A program made the translations under genes and the position numbers. The notes beneath the pieces are model-generated. The model did not search any database. It worked only from the letters and a program-made list of their open reading frames with translations, and was not told where the DNA came from. A DNA stretch of 64,000 nucleotides from the NCBI GenBank assembly GCA_021413965.1, contig JAIOPI010000003.1:22515-86514 (forward strand), in the 5' to 3' direction. How positions within the stretch are numbered: the stretch's first letter is position 1; every line of letters starts with the position of its first letter. This DNA is from Lentisphaerota bacterium. Its GTDB lineage: Bacteria; Verrucomicrobiota; Kiritimatiellia; UBA8416; JAIOPI01. This document shows positions 37,731-48,203 of the stretch, piece by piece.

Positions 37731-39257
37731 TTAGTACGCCTTCGCGAACACGACCTGATGCCTGGCCGCTTCCCCGCAGACCACGCACGTGCCGCCGGTT
37801 TGTCCCTTCTGATCCAGCGGGATGCAGCGCACCGTGACGGCGAGGTCGTCGTTCATCTTCTGTTCGCACGCGCTCGAGCCGCACCAGGGCGAGTGCGCGA
37901 AGCCGCCGTGGATCTCGGGTTTGTCGGCATTCTGCGGCGTGAAGAAGGCGCGGAATTCGGCCGGGTCAGTGATGACACGCGTATTGGCGTCGCGGAATGC
38001 CAGGGCGCGCTGATAGAGGCCCTTCTGAATTTCCTCGAGCAATCCGGCGATGCCCGCGACAAAGGCGTCCTGGGGCTGGCTGGTCTTTTCGCGCGCGCCG
38101 CGGTCACGGCGGCCGACGAAGACGGCGTTTTGTTCGAGGTCGCGCGGGCCGACTTCGGCGCGCACGGGGATGCCGCGCTTGATCCACTGCCAGCCCTTTT
38201 CTCCGGCGTTGATATCCCGCTTATCCACGACGACTTCGATGGGGCGGCCATCGTAGGTCTGGGCGCGCAGGCGCGTGGCGAGTGCTTCGCAGTAGGGCAG
38301 GATCTTCGCGGCGTCCTCTTCCTTACGGATGATGGGAAGGATCACGACGTGGCTGGGGGCCAGGCGGGGGGGCATGATCATCCCGTCGTCATCGGCGTGC
38401 GTCATGATCATGCCGCCGATAAGGCGCGTCGACACGCCCCATGAGGTGGTCCACGCATGTTCGAGATTGCCGGCGCGGGACTGGAATTGAATTTCCGAGG
38501 CCTTGGCGAAGTTCTGACCGAGGAAATGACTGGTGCCGGACTGCAGCGCCTTGCGGTCCTGCATCATGGCCTCGATCGAGAAGGTGTTGTCGGCGCCGGG
38601 GAAGCGTTCATGGGCCGTTTTTTCGCCGGTGATGACGGGCATGGCCATGTAGTCCTCGGCGAAGCGCCGGTAGACCTCGAGCATTTTGAGCGTCTCCTCC
38701 CAGGCCTCTTCGCGCGTCTCGTGGGCGGTATGGCCTTCCTGCCAGAGGAACTCGGCGGTGCGCAGGAAGAGGCGCGTGCGCATTTCCCAGCGCACGACGT
38801 TGGCCCACTGGTTGATGAGGATGGGGAGGTCGCGGTGGCTTTGCACCCACTTGGCGAACATGGCGCCGATGATGGTCTCGGACGTCGGGCGCACGACGAG
38901 CGGCTCCTCCAGTTCGCCGGTGGGAATCAATTTTCCTTCAGGGCCCATTTCAAGGCGGTGGTGGGTGACCACGGCGCATTCCTTGGCGAAGCCCTCGACG
39001 TGCGTGGCTTCCTTCTGGAGAAAGCTCAGGGGGATGAAGAGCGGGAAGTAGGCGTTGACGTGTCCGGTTTCCTTGAACATCCGGTCGAGCACATTGCGGA
39101 TGTTTTCCCAGAGGGCGTAGCCCCAGGGCTTGATGACCATGCAGCCGCGGACCGGGCTGTTCTCGGCCAGTTCGGCAGCGCGGACGACCTGCTGGTACCA
39201 TTCGGGATAATCTTCGGTACGCGTGGGTGTGATTGCGGTCTTGTTGTCTTTGGCCAT
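37731..39257 (-). CDS. proS: Prolyl-tRNA synthetase, archaeal/eukaryote-like type (class II, ~500 aa, no insertion editing domain)
   Basis: PEWYQQVV...VRGCMVIKPWGYALWE (class II motif 1), FRAEVGPRD...; C-terminal zinc-binding region CGSSACEQ...CVVCG. Confidence 0.9.
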   Translation of the reverse strand: MAKDNKTAITPTRTEDYPEWYQQVVRAAELAENSPVRGCMVIKPWGYALWENIRNVLDRMFKETGHVNAYFPLFIPLSFLQKEATHVEGFAKECAVVTHHRLEMGPEGKLIPTGELEEPLVVRPTSETIIGAMFAKWVQSHRDLPILINQWANVVRWEMRTRLFLRTAEFLWQEGHTAHETREEAWEETLKMLEVYRRFAEDYMAMPVITGEKTAHERFPGADNTFSIEAMMQDRKALQSGTSHFLGQNFAKASEIQFQSRAGNLEHAWTTSWGVSTRLIGGMIMTHADDDGMIMPPRLAPSHVVILPIIRKEEDAAKILPYCEALATRLRAQTYDGRPIEVVVDKRDINAGEKGWQWIKRGIPVRAEVGPRDLEQNAVFVGRRDRGAREKTSQPQDAFVAGIAGLLEEIQKGLYQRALAFRDANTRVITDPAEFRAFFTPQNADKPEIHGGFAHSPWCGSSACEQKMNDDLAVTVRCIPLDQKGQTGGTCVVCGEAARHQVVFAKAY

Positions 39258-39450
39258 GGCATCCCCGTGCTAAATCGTTCGCGTCAACGTAGGTGGCGCC
39301 CGCCGCAGAGTCAAGCGGGGAACATGCGCCCTGATCCTGGTCTCCGGCACCATGCGTCGGTCCGACGCGTGCGCCGTTCGGTGTGGGAGCGGCTCGGCGG
39401 CGTCGCGGGACTCGATCGTTTCGCTCGGGAGGGCCGTGCGGTCGATGTGT

Positions 39451-39825
39451 TTAGAACTGGCCGGTGCCGAGGAGTACGAGTGTACACGCTTCCTGGGTGG
39501 GGATGCGGTTCGCGTCGAGTCGGGCGCGAAGTTGCGGGTTTTCGGTGCCGGGGTTGAAGATGACGCGCCGGGGGTGGAGCGCGACGATGGCGTCGGCGAG
39601 CGTGCTGGAAATGACAGGGGCCACGTAGAGCGTCAGCGTGTCCACGGCGTCGGACACGGCTTCGAGATTGGGCGCAACGGTGAGGCCCTCGATGGTGCCG
39701 CCGGCGGGATTGACGGGGATGACGGTGTGTCCATGTTGCAGGAGTTGTTTAATGGCGCGATGGGAGTAGCGTTCGGGATTGGCGCTGGCGCCGAGCACGA
39801 CGACGCGTTGCGAATGCTGGTTCAT
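39451..39825 (-). CDS. CoA-binding domain protein (YccU/YneT-like)
   Basis: RVVVLGASANPERYSHRAIKQLLQHGHTVIPVNP; 124 aa from internal ATG M39. Confidence 0.65.
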   Translation of the reverse strand: MNQHSQRVVVLGASANPERYSHRAIKQLLQHGHTVIPVNPAGGTIEGLTVAPNLEAVSDAVDTLTLYVAPVISSTLADAIVALHPRRVIFNPGTENPQLRARLDANRIPTQEACTLVLLGTGQF

Positions 39826-39926
39826 AAGGACGGCTCCGAAGGGGTGAGCGGATTCGTCTGCGGAACCCACCCCGCTCTGGCGGGCACGCCTCCGGTGGCG
39901 GGGGCGGGATTGGGTCAGTCGGGCGG

Positions 39927-40214
39927 CTACTTGTCGCACGAGACCATGGCGCCATCTTCCGCGAAGGTGACGTCGGTATTGCGATTGTCTCTTGTGTATT
40001 CGACTTCGTAGCAGGTCTTGCCGTGGCAGCGTTCCCGCTCAATTTCCCTGATGGTTCCGCCGGCGGTTTCCTTTTCGACGGCGGCCTGCACCGCGGGGGG
40101 CAACGTGTCCAGCGTGGTCTTTGCGTCGCATTTTCCCAGAGCGCAACACCCAGCACTGATGAAGGTGCCGAGCAGGACGGCCGCGAACATGGAGAGCAGT
40201 GCAGACGCGTTCAT
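39927..40214 (-). CDS. Small secreted protein or lipoprotein with a PepSY-like motif
   Basis: Signal peptide MNASALLSMFAAVLLGTFISAGCCALGKC; ...TIREIERERCHGKTCYEVEYTRDNRNTDVTFAEDGAMV resembles a PepSY beta-sheet unit. Confidence 0.4.
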   Translation of the reverse strand: MNASALLSMFAAVLLGTFISAGCCALGKCDAKTTLDTLPPAVQAAVEKETAGGTIREIERERCHGKTCYEVEYTRDNRNTDVTFAEDGAMVSCDK

Positions 40215-40424
40215 ATGGATGGGGCTCCTTGTCATGGTTTCGTGAAGTCAGGCAGCTTACCTGTTCGTGCATGAGGGGCGCAAGCCGTGCGCATCAAAGT
40301 CGCTTGCGCGGTGGCTTTTCAGGGTGTAGCGTCCGGCAGACGATCGCCATGAGGCGTCACGGTTGCTGCACAGGGATGGCGTTTGGTGGGGGGCGGGGGC
40401 CTGTCGTAAGGGTGTGGGAGGGGT

Positions 40425-41855
40425 ATGAAGACGTCGGTACCGGGGGTGGATCGAGCGCGAATTTTCAAGTCTTTGCGCCAGGCGAATCTGGCGTTTTACC
40501 AGCAGTATCCGGGTGACGGGCCGGAGCGCCAGCCCGTGCACACGGTGTACGGCGGGGCGAATTTGTTCAAGGCGGACACGGCGCGGCGTATGGGGCGCGT
40601 GGCGCTGGCCACGCTGGATGCCGCGGCACCGGATTTTGCGGCGTTTGCGAGGGCGCTGGACCTGCCGGGGGCGGGGGCGTTGCCATCGCGGGCGCAGGAT
40701 GTGGCGGCGTTGGGCAAGCGGCTGGAGGCGTTGAAGCCGGCCCGACGGCACAGCGAACCGCGCTGGCTGCCGTACGCCGTATACGCGAAGGTGCGTCAGA
40801 AGCTGGCGGCGGAACCGGTGGAGGATTTTCGAATCGATTTCGAGGATGGGTACGGCAACCGTTCAGATGCGGAGGAGGACGCAACGGCGTTGGCGGCGGC
40901 GCACGAGGTGGCGGGCGGCATGCGGGCCGGCACGTTGCCGCCATTCATCGGCATCCGGATCAAGCCGTTCACCGAGGATCTGAAGGAACGCGGGGCGCGC
41001 ACGCTCGACCTGTTTATCACGGCGTTGCTGGCGGAGACGGGCGGGAGGTTGCCGGCGCATTTTGTGGTCATGCTGCCGAAGATCAGCATTCCGGCGCAGG
41101 TGACGGCGCTGGTCCGGCTGTTTGAGGTGCTGGAGCAGCAGGCCGGGCTGCCGGCGGGAACCTTCAAGATGGAGATGATGGTCGAGACGACGCAGGCCAT
41201 CATGAATGCCGAGGGGCGCAATCCGCTGCTCGGCCTGGTGCGGGCAGGGGGGGGGCGGATGGTGTCGGCGGCATTTGGCACCTACGACTACACGGCGTCG
41301 TGCAACATTACGGCGCGATACCAGTCGATGGTGCACCCGGTATGCGACTTTGCGCATCACATGACACGGGTCGCGCTGGGCGGGACGGGGATTCGCCTGT
41401 CGGACGGCGCCACGAATGTGATGCCGGTGGGGCCGCACCGGGGGGACGCGCTGACGCGCGCGCAGGTGGTGGAGAACCGGCGTGTGGTGCACCGTGCGTG
41501 GAAGCTGAGCTACGATCACATCCGGCACTCGCTTTACCATGGGTTCTACCAGGGCTGGGATTTGAACCCCGGGCAACTGCCGGTGCGCTATGCGGCGGTG
41601 TACGCGTTCTTTCTCGAGAGCTACGACGAGGCGGCGACGCGCTTGAGGGCCTTTGTCGAGAAGGCGGCGCGGGCGACGATGAGCGGGGATATTTTCGACG
41701 ACGCGGCCACGGGGCAGGGGTTGTTGAATTACTTTCTGGCGGCGCTTAACTGCGGCGCGATCACGGAGGCCGAGACGCGGGCGACCGGCCTGACGCTGGA
41801 AGAGATTCGCAGCCGTTCGTTCTATCGCATTCTAAAGGGGCGCGCGGGGGCGTAG
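40425..41855 (+). CDS. Malate-synthase/CitE(HpcH)-superfamily TIM-barrel lyase-like protein, function unknown
   Basis: FRIDFEDGYG (metal-binding D-x-E-D type), MMVETTQAIMNAEGRNPL, and FGTYDYTASC resembling the malate synthase G-x-W-D-Y-x-x-S signature; 476 aa; 15-60 nt upstream of nrfH. Confidence 0.5.
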   Translation: MKTSVPGVDRARIFKSLRQANLAFYQQYPGDGPERQPVHTVYGGANLFKADTARRMGRVALATLDAAAPDFAAFARALDLPGAGALPSRAQDVAALGKRLEALKPARRHSEPRWLPYAVYAKVRQKLAAEPVEDFRIDFEDGYGNRSDAEEDATALAAAHEVAGGMRAGTLPPFIGIRIKPFTEDLKERGARTLDLFITALLAETGGRLPAHFVVMLPKISIPAQVTALVRLFEVLEQQAGLPAGTFKMEMMVETTQAIMNAEGRNPLLGLVRAGGGRMVSAAFGTYDYTASCNITARYQSMVHPVCDFAHHMTRVALGGTGIRLSDGATNVMPVGPHRGDALTRAQVVENRRVVHRAWKLSYDHIRHSLYHGFYQGWDLNPGQLPVRYAAVYAFFLESYDEAATRLRAFVEKAARATMSGDIFDDAATGQGLLNYFLAALNCGAITEAETRATGLTLEEIRSRSFYRILKGRAGA

Positions 41856-41917
41856 GGGATCGGGCGACGGTGGTGGGGCGGTTGACGGGCGAATGGCGCG
41901 GGTGCTACGGTGCGGGC

Positions 41918-42400
41918 ATGGGTGGTCAGGGGCATGGCAGGCGGGCATACCGCATTGGGGCGGCGTCACTCGCGGCGTTACTGGGGGTGTGTGGCGGGCT
42001 CGGCGGCTACACGTTCTGGTATGCCCAGGGTGCGTCGTACCTGTCCAACGATCCGCGCGCGTGCGTGAACTGCCACATCATGCGCGACCAGTTCGACGGC
42101 TGGCAGAAATCCAGCCACCACGCAGCGGCCACGTGCAATGACTGTCATGTGCCGCACCAATTCTTTCGCAAGTACCTGGCCAAGGGGAGCAATGGCTATC
42201 ATCACTCCAAGGCCTTCACCTTTCAGAGCTATCCGGACACGATTCGCATCAAGCCCCACAACGCGGCGGTGCTGCAGGAGAACTGCCTGCGGTGCCATGG
42301 CGAGCTGGTATCGGATATTGTCGGGCACGGCCGCGGCGGCGCGGCTGCCCTGTCGTGTGCGCGGTGCCATGCTGATGTCGGGCACGGGCCGCGCGGTTGA
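41918..42400 (+). CDS. nrfH: Cytochrome c nitrite reductase small subunit, tetraheme NapC/NirT-family quinol dehydrogenase
   Basis: Four CxxCH motifs (CVNCH, CNDCH, CLRCH, CARCH) after an N-terminal TM anchor; start ambiguous (41870 or 41918). Confidence 0.85.
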   Translation: MGGQGHGRRAYRIGAASLAALLGVCGGLGGYTFWYAQGASYLSNDPRACVNCHIMRDQFDGWQKSSHHAAATCNDCHVPHQFFRKYLAKGSNGYHHSKAFTFQSYPDTIRIKPHNAAVLQENCLRCHGELVSDIVGHGRGGAAALSCARCHADVGHGPRG

Positions 42401-42421
42401 CCTTCAAGCAGGGAGACAGAG

Positions 42422-43855
42422 ATGAAACGCATGCGATCCAAGACCGGCGGTGCTGTGGGCTATGTGCTGGCGATCCTGGCCGTGGCGGGTTTGACCGTGG
42501 TCATCATGCTGCTGTTGCAGAACATCGCCACCCGCAAGCAGGAGGCGCGCCAGCCGTACGTGCGGCTCAAGGACGTCACGGAGAATGACACGGACCCGGC
42601 GACGTGGGGCGTCAACTGGCCGAAGGAGTACGACAGCTACAAGAAGACGTCGCTGACAACGCGCACGCGGTTCGGCGGGCACGGGGGCAGCGAGGCCATG
42701 CCGGAGGAGAAGATCGAGCGCGATCCGTGGCTGAAGCGCATGTTCCTCGGCTACGCGTTTTCGATCGACTACCGCGACCGCCGCGGCCACGCGTACATGC
42801 TGCAGGACCAGGAGGCGACACAACGCCTGAGCAAGCCGCAGTCCGGGTCCTGCCTGCACTGCCACTCGTCCATCATGCCGCTGTATCGCAAGCTCGGCAA
42901 CGGCGACGCGCAGGCGGGCATGGAGGCGACGGCCAAGTTGACGTACCAGGAAACGAGCCAGATGCTGCACGAGATGGGGCATGCTCACGCCGTCTCCTGC
43001 GTGGACTGCCACGACCCGTCGTCGATGCAGCTGCGCGTGACGCGGCCTGGTTTCATCACGGGCATCCGGGCGTTGGCGGCGTCCGATGCGCCGGTTCCAC
43101 ACCTGCCATCGGTCGCGTTGTGGCGGCAGGGCAAGCGCGCGGAGCCCTATGATCCGAATGCGGAGGCGAGCCGCAACGAGATGCGTTCCTTTGTGTGCGG
43201 GCAGTGCCACGTGGAGTACTACTGCTCGTCGAAGCTGCCGCTCACGTTCCCGTGGGGGAAGGGGCTGAAAGTTGAGAACATCGAAGCGTTCTGGAATGGG
43301 GTGACGTTCCCGGACGGCGAGCGGTTCTACGATTACAAGCACGCCGAGACGGGGGCGGCCGTGCTGAAGGCGCAGCATCCGGAGTTCGAGCTGTGGAGCC
43401 AGGGGGTGCATGCGCGCAGCGGTGTGTCCTGCGCCGATTGTCACATGCCCTATATGCGCGACGGGGCCGCCAAGGTTTCCGATCACTGGGTGCGCAGCCC
43501 GCTGCTGAACATCAACCGCGCCTGCCAGACCTGCCACAACATTCCCGAGGGGGAGATCCAGGCGCGCGTGGATGCCATCCAGGAGCGCAACCTGGGGTTG
43601 ATGCAACGTGCGGCGGCGGCGCTGATGGCGCAGTTCGACGAGATCAAGGCGGCGCGCGAGGGCGGGGCAACGGATGAGCAGCTCAAGGCATCGCTGGAGC
43701 TGCAGCGCGCGGCGCAGTGGCGGGTCGACTTCATTGCGGCTGAGAATTCGATGGGGTTCCATGCCCCGCAGGAGGCCGCGCGGATTCTGGGCGAGGCGAT
43801 CGACTACGCGCGCCAGGGCGAGCTTGCCGCGGCGAAAATCGGGCGGGCGAAGTAG
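42422..43855 (+). CDS. nrfA: Cytochrome c552 nitrite reductase, pentaheme catalytic subunit
   Basis: Five heme-binding motifs CLHCH, CVDCH, CGQCH, CADCH, CQTCH; 477 aa; the first (active-site) heme is CxxCH rather than the CxxCK of enterobacterial NrfA. Confidence 0.9.
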   Translation: MKRMRSKTGGAVGYVLAILAVAGLTVVIMLLLQNIATRKQEARQPYVRLKDVTENDTDPATWGVNWPKEYDSYKKTSLTTRTRFGGHGGSEAMPEEKIERDPWLKRMFLGYAFSIDYRDRRGHAYMLQDQEATQRLSKPQSGSCLHCHSSIMPLYRKLGNGDAQAGMEATAKLTYQETSQMLHEMGHAHAVSCVDCHDPSSMQLRVTRPGFITGIRALAASDAPVPHLPSVALWRQGKRAEPYDPNAEASRNEMRSFVCGQCHVEYYCSSKLPLTFPWGKGLKVENIEAFWNGVTFPDGERFYDYKHAETGAAVLKAQHPEFELWSQGVHARSGVSCADCHMPYMRDGAAKVSDHWVRSPLLNINRACQTCHNIPEGEIQARVDAIQERNLGLMQRAAAALMAQFDEIKAAREGGATDEQLKASLELQRAAQWRVDFIAAENSMGFHAPQEAARILGEAIDYARQGELAAAKIGRAK

Positions 43856-43897
43856 GCGGTGCCCACGGGCGCCGCGCGAGGCGGGCGCGTGTGTGGA

Positions 43898-45412
43898 CTA
43901 CGGACGCCCGTCGAATCCCGTCAGGGCGTAGTAGTCTTTCGCCAGGCTGCCGGTGGGGCAAAGGTCCTGCATGGCCTTTTCCGCGGACTGGGCCCAGCGG
44001 ATGATCCGGCGGAAGCGGGAGTCGGTGAACCGGAAGACGGCGCCATGGCCGTTGGCCAGAATGTCCGGCTGCCAGCGGATGGCGAGGCGGGCGCTGGCCA
44101 TATGCCCCGTGCGGAACCGGCTGTTATTGAGGGCGCAGAATCCCCCGGTCCCATTCCAGCGCGACGCCGGCATGAAGGAGTCGCCGCCGAAGAGCACCTT
44201 GCGCCCGTCAATCCGGGTCATGAAGGCGCAATGCCACCAGGTTTGCCCCGGCCATGGCGCGACGGTGAAGGCGTATTCCTGCCATCGCCACGTTCCGATC
44301 TGCGGCCAGAGTTCGTCCGCCGCGACTGGCGTTGACGGTGCGTACAGGTAGAACTGGCGATCCACTTGCCTGAGGGGGGCGGCCACGCGCGGGTGCAGGC
44401 AAATGCGTGCGCCGGTCTCTTTCCGCAGGGCCATCATGGCCCCACAGTGGTCCGAATGAATATGCGTGGCCAGAATCACCTGCGGTGGCCGCACACCCAG
44501 TTCCTGGATCAAGCCAGCCATCGCCCGCGAGTGTGCACGCGACGGGTCCACGACCAGGGTTTCGCCGGTTGCGGAGATCAGCAAATAGGAATTTTCGTCG
44601 AACTGGTAAAGGTGAGGCAGGTATTGGCGGGCGCGATTCGGGCGGGGTTCTGCGCGCAGGAAATGGTCCTTTTCCCCGGCGCAAATGGACCCTTTGGCCC
44701 GGTACAGGCGCATCAGCCGCGCGGACAATGTGCGCAAGAGACTGGCCGGCGGACTGGCAATGGCCGGGCCATGGGAGGGCAGGAGGCGATCCAGCCCGAT
44801 GCCTCGCAGGCGCTCAATGCCCTGCCAGGCTTCCAGCGCGCCGGTCCCCGTCCAGTGATCCCACTCGAGGTTGAAGGGCTCCCAGATGGTGCCCCCGGCA
44901 TGGGCGGCGTCACCGCAAAAGCACAGTTGCCGGCCGTTGAATTCCGTGACGATGGAGATGGCCTGTGGTCCGTGGCCGGGGGTCGGCACAAATCGGAGGC
45001 AAAGATCCTGCCCGCGCCATTCCCGGTACGGGTGCATGTCACAGGAAATGGCATCGAGGCCCCTCGCCAGGGGGCGATAGTTCCGTGGAAAGGCGTGGTA
45101 GGGAAGCTGGCGCATGGCGTGCCGGTGACTGCGCAGCATCTTGGGATCGAGGTATGGCTCATCGCCGGCCGGTGCGTGGACCGTGAATGGCCTGGTGCGC
45201 CGGGGTTCGAGTCCGGCGCACTGGTCGGCATGATGGTGCGTGAGGAAGACATCGCTGACCCGGTCGATACCCAGCGCGGGAAGGTCCTTCATCCATCGGC
45301 CGGAGCCGAAATCGACGGCGACGGCATCGCGGCCGAATTTGAGGACGTAGACATGGCATGTATCGGGATACAGCCAGAGACCGGGCAGCAGCGGCTGAAA
45401 GCGAGTGGCCAT
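43898..45412 (-). CDS. Tandem metallo-beta-lactamase-fold hydrolase (two MBL domains)
   Basis: Two HxHxDH motifs: THHHADQCAG and THIHSDHCGA; start placed at ATG M36 (MATRFQPLLPG). Confidence 0.65.
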   Translation of the reverse strand: MATRFQPLLPGLWLYPDTCHVYVLKFGRDAVAVDFGSGRWMKDLPALGIDRVSDVFLTHHHADQCAGLEPRRTRPFTVHAPAGDEPYLDPKMLRSHRHAMRQLPYHAFPRNYRPLARGLDAISCDMHPYREWRGQDLCLRFVPTPGHGPQAISIVTEFNGRQLCFCGDAAHAGGTIWEPFNLEWDHWTGTGALEAWQGIERLRGIGLDRLLPSHGPAIASPPASLLRTLSARLMRLYRAKGSICAGEKDHFLRAEPRPNRARQYLPHLYQFDENSYLLISATGETLVVDPSRAHSRAMAGLIQELGVRPPQVILATHIHSDHCGAMMALRKETGARICLHPRVAAPLRQVDRQFYLYAPSTPVAADELWPQIGTWRWQEYAFTVAPWPGQTWWHCAFMTRIDGRKVLFGGDSFMPASRWNGTGGFCALNNSRFRTGHMASARLAIRWQPDILANGHGAVFRFTDSRFRRIIRWAQSAEKAMQDLCPTGSLAKDYYALTGFDGRP

Positions 45413-45584
45413 GATCGGCGCACGATGGCATGCGCGTTCCGGCGGCGCAAGGCGGATGTCGCGCGGACTTGCGGATCCGGCCGGGGTTCGGTATCCTGCC
45501 GGCGGCGCGCGTGTCATGGGGGCTGACTGACGTGACGAGCGGATTCCGGTGGCCGGTGCGGGTCAACATCCTTCGAGGTGGCCT

Positions 45585-46640
45585 ATGAAGTTTCGCATGG
45601 CGTTGGTGGTGGTGTCGCTCTTGCTCAGTATCGCCATCGGTCTGATGCTTGGGCGCCGGGGCGCGCTGCCGGCATCCCGTTCAGGGGGCGGCGGAGACGC
45701 GCCGATCGTGATCGGGCTGTCGATGGACACGGAGAAAGAAGCGCGCTGGCAGAAGGATCGTGACGTCTTCACGGCGCGGGCGCGCGAGCTTGGGGCCCAG
45801 GTGAAGACGCAGTCGGCCAACAGTGATGACACGCGCCAGATTCAGGACGTGAAGTCGCTGCTGGCCAATCACGTGGACGTGCTGGTCATCATCCCGCACG
45901 ACGGCGATGCGATGGCGGAGGGGGTGCGCGAGGCGGCGAAGGCGGGCGTGCCGGTGATCGCCTATGACCGGCTCATTCGGAATTGCGATCTTGATCTCTA
46001 CCTGAGCTTCGACAACGTCAAAGTCGGCGAGATGCAGGCGCGCTATCTCGTGGAGCATCTGCCGGGCGGGAAGGGGCGCATTGTGCGGATCTACGGCGCG
46101 CCGACGGACAACAACGCCAAGATTTTCAAGCAGGGGCAGGACCAGGTGCTGGCGCCGCTGATAGCGCGCGGCGACATCGAGGTGGTCCACGAGGATTGGG
46201 CCACGGATTGGGATTCGGCGAATGCCAAGAAGATCATGAATGCGGCGCTAACCCGTGCGAGCAGCGGATTCGACGCCGTGCTGGCGTCCAACGACGGGAC
46301 GGCCGGCGGGGCGATCCAGGCGTTGAAGGAGGCGGGGCTGGCCGGGAAGGTGATCGTCACCGGCCAGGACGCGGATCTGGTTGCGTGCCAGCGCATTGCC
46401 GCCGGGCAGCAGGCGATGACGGTTTACAAGCCGATCCAGAACCTGGCGACTCGCGCGGCCGAGCTGGCGGTGACCATGGCGCGCGGCAAGCCGGTGATTG
46501 CGAATGGGGCGGTGGCAAACGGGCAGAAGGATGTGCCGGCGGTGCTGCTGGACATCGTGAGTGTGGACAAGGATAACCTGCGGCAGACGATTGTCGCCGG
46601 CGGATTCCATTCCGAGGCCGAGGTGTTCGGGGCCCCCTGA
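45585..46640 (+). CDS. Sugar ABC transporter periplasmic substrate-binding protein (CUT2, xylose/ribose-binding type)
   Basis: Signal peptide MKFRMALVVVSLLLSIAIG; type I periplasmic-binding fold (IVIGLSMD..., VDVLVIIPHD, VIAYDR, VTGQD). Confidence 0.8.
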   Translation: MKFRMALVVVSLLLSIAIGLMLGRRGALPASRSGGGGDAPIVIGLSMDTEKEARWQKDRDVFTARARELGAQVKTQSANSDDTRQIQDVKSLLANHVDVLVIIPHDGDAMAEGVREAAKAGVPVIAYDRLIRNCDLDLYLSFDNVKVGEMQARYLVEHLPGGKGRIVRIYGAPTDNNAKIFKQGQDQVLAPLIARGDIEVVHEDWATDWDSANAKKIMNAALTRASSGFDAVLASNDGTAGGAIQALKEAGLAGKVIVTGQDADLVACQRIAAGQQAMTVYKPIQNLATRAAELAVTMARGKPVIANGAVANGQKDVPAVLLDIVSVDKDNLRQTIVAGGFHSEAEVFGAP

Positions 46641-48199
46641 TGCGTGTGGACACGCCCATGGCGACCGATGCGGTCCTGCGAATAGCCGGGCTGACCAAGC
46701 GCTTTCCCGGCGTGATCGCGCTGGAGGATGTGCACCTCGAGTTGAAGCCGGGCGAGGTTCACGCCCTGTGCGGCGAGAACGGGGCGGGCAAGTCGACGCT
46801 GATCAAAGTCATTTCCGGGGTTTGGGCGCACGGCAGCTACGAGGGTGAGTTGACCGTGCTGGGCCAGCCGGCGCGCTTTCGGACGCTGGCGGACGCGGAG
46901 GCGGCGGGCATTGCGGTGATTTACCAGGAGCTGGCGCTGGTGCCCGACATGTCGGTGGCCGAGAACATCTTCCTTGGGCGCGAGCCGACGCGGGGCGGGT
47001 TGATCGACTGGGAGCGCGTGTTTGCGGAGACGCGCGAGCTGCTGCGGCGGCACGGGCTCGGCGATCTTGATCCGGCGGCCCGAGTGGGCGATCTGGGTGT
47101 GGGGCAGCAGCAGTTGGTGGAAATCGTCAAGGCGTTGGCCAAGCAGTCGAGGATCCTGCTCCTGGATGAACCGACCGCGGCACTGACGGAGTCGGAGGTG
47201 GCGGTACTGCTGGACATTGTGAGGGGGTTGCGCGCGCGCGGGCTGACGTGCGTTTACATTTCGCACAAGCTCGACGAGGTCTTTGCGATTGCGGACCGTA
47301 TCACCGTGCTGCGCGACGGTCGGACGATGGGCACGTTGGAGACGGCGAAGACCTCGCGGCGCGATTTGATCCGGCTGATGGTGGGGCGGGACATCGACCA
47401 GCAGTTTCCGCGGCGCGCGGGAACGGTTGGGGCTGAGATCCTGCGGGTGGACGACCTGACCGTGACGGAAGCGGGGCGCCGCCGGGCCGTCCTCGAGGGA
47501 ATTACCTTTTCCCTGCATGCTGGGGAGGTGCTTGGCATTGGGGGGCTGATGGGCTCGGGCCGCACGGAACTGCTGATGCATCTGTTTGGCGCGTACGGAC
47601 GCCGCGTCCGGGGGACGGTGACGTTTGCCGGGGCCGTGCTGGGAGGCGGGGCGCCGGACGCGACGATCCGGCGCGGGCTGATGCTCGTGAGCGAGGACCG
47701 AAAGCGGTACGGGCTCGTGCTTGAGCAGAGCATTGGATTCAACTTGTCGCTGGCTTCGCTTCGCCAGTTCACCCCGTCGTTTCTGCTGGACGGGCACGCG
47801 GAGTTCGTGCGCAACCAGGAGCTGTTCCAGTCGCTGGGCGTCAAGGCGCCGGGGCAGGAGTCGGTCGTGGGGCAGCTTTCCGGCGGCAATCAGCAGAAGG
47901 TGGTGCTGGGCAAGGCCCTGATGACGGATCCGAAGGTGGTGATGCTGGACGAGCCGACGCGTGGGATTGATGTGGGAGCGAAGCTCGAAGTCTACAACCT
48001 GGTCAACCGCATGACGGATGAGGGCCGGGCGGTGCTCATGGTGTCGAGCGAGTTGCCGGAGTTGCTGGGCATGAGTGACCGGATCATCGTGCTCAGCGAA
48101 GGGCGAGTTGGCGGAACATTTGTGCGCGGCGAGGCGACGCAGGAGGCCATCCTGCAGGCGGCCATGGCCCATCATGCGGGAGTTCCCGCGAAGGAGTGA
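46640..48199 (+). CDS. Sugar ABC transporter ATP-binding protein with duplicated ABC domains (XylG/RbsA type)
   Basis: Two Walker A (GENGAGKST; a degenerate second), signature LSGGNQQKV, two Walker B (LLLDEPT, VMLDEPT). Confidence 0.9.
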   Translation: MRVDTPMATDAVLRIAGLTKRFPGVIALEDVHLELKPGEVHALCGENGAGKSTLIKVISGVWAHGSYEGELTVLGQPARFRTLADAEAAGIAVIYQELALVPDMSVAENIFLGREPTRGGLIDWERVFAETRELLRRHGLGDLDPAARVGDLGVGQQQLVEIVKALAKQSRILLLDEPTAALTESEVAVLLDIVRGLRARGLTCVYISHKLDEVFAIADRITVLRDGRTMGTLETAKTSRRDLIRLMVGRDIDQQFPRRAGTVGAEILRVDDLTVTEAGRRRAVLEGITFSLHAGEVLGIGGLMGSGRTELLMHLFGAYGRRVRGTVTFAGAVLGGGAPDATIRRGLMLVSEDRKRYGLVLEQSIGFNLSLASLRQFTPSFLLDGHAEFVRNQELFQSLGVKAPGQESVVGQLSGGNQQKVVLGKALMTDPKVVMLDEPTRGIDVGAKLEVYNLVNRMTDEGRAVLMVSSELPELLGMSDRIIVLSEGRVGGTFVRGEATQEAILQAAMAHHAGVPAKE

Positions 48200-48203
48200 C
48201 CCG

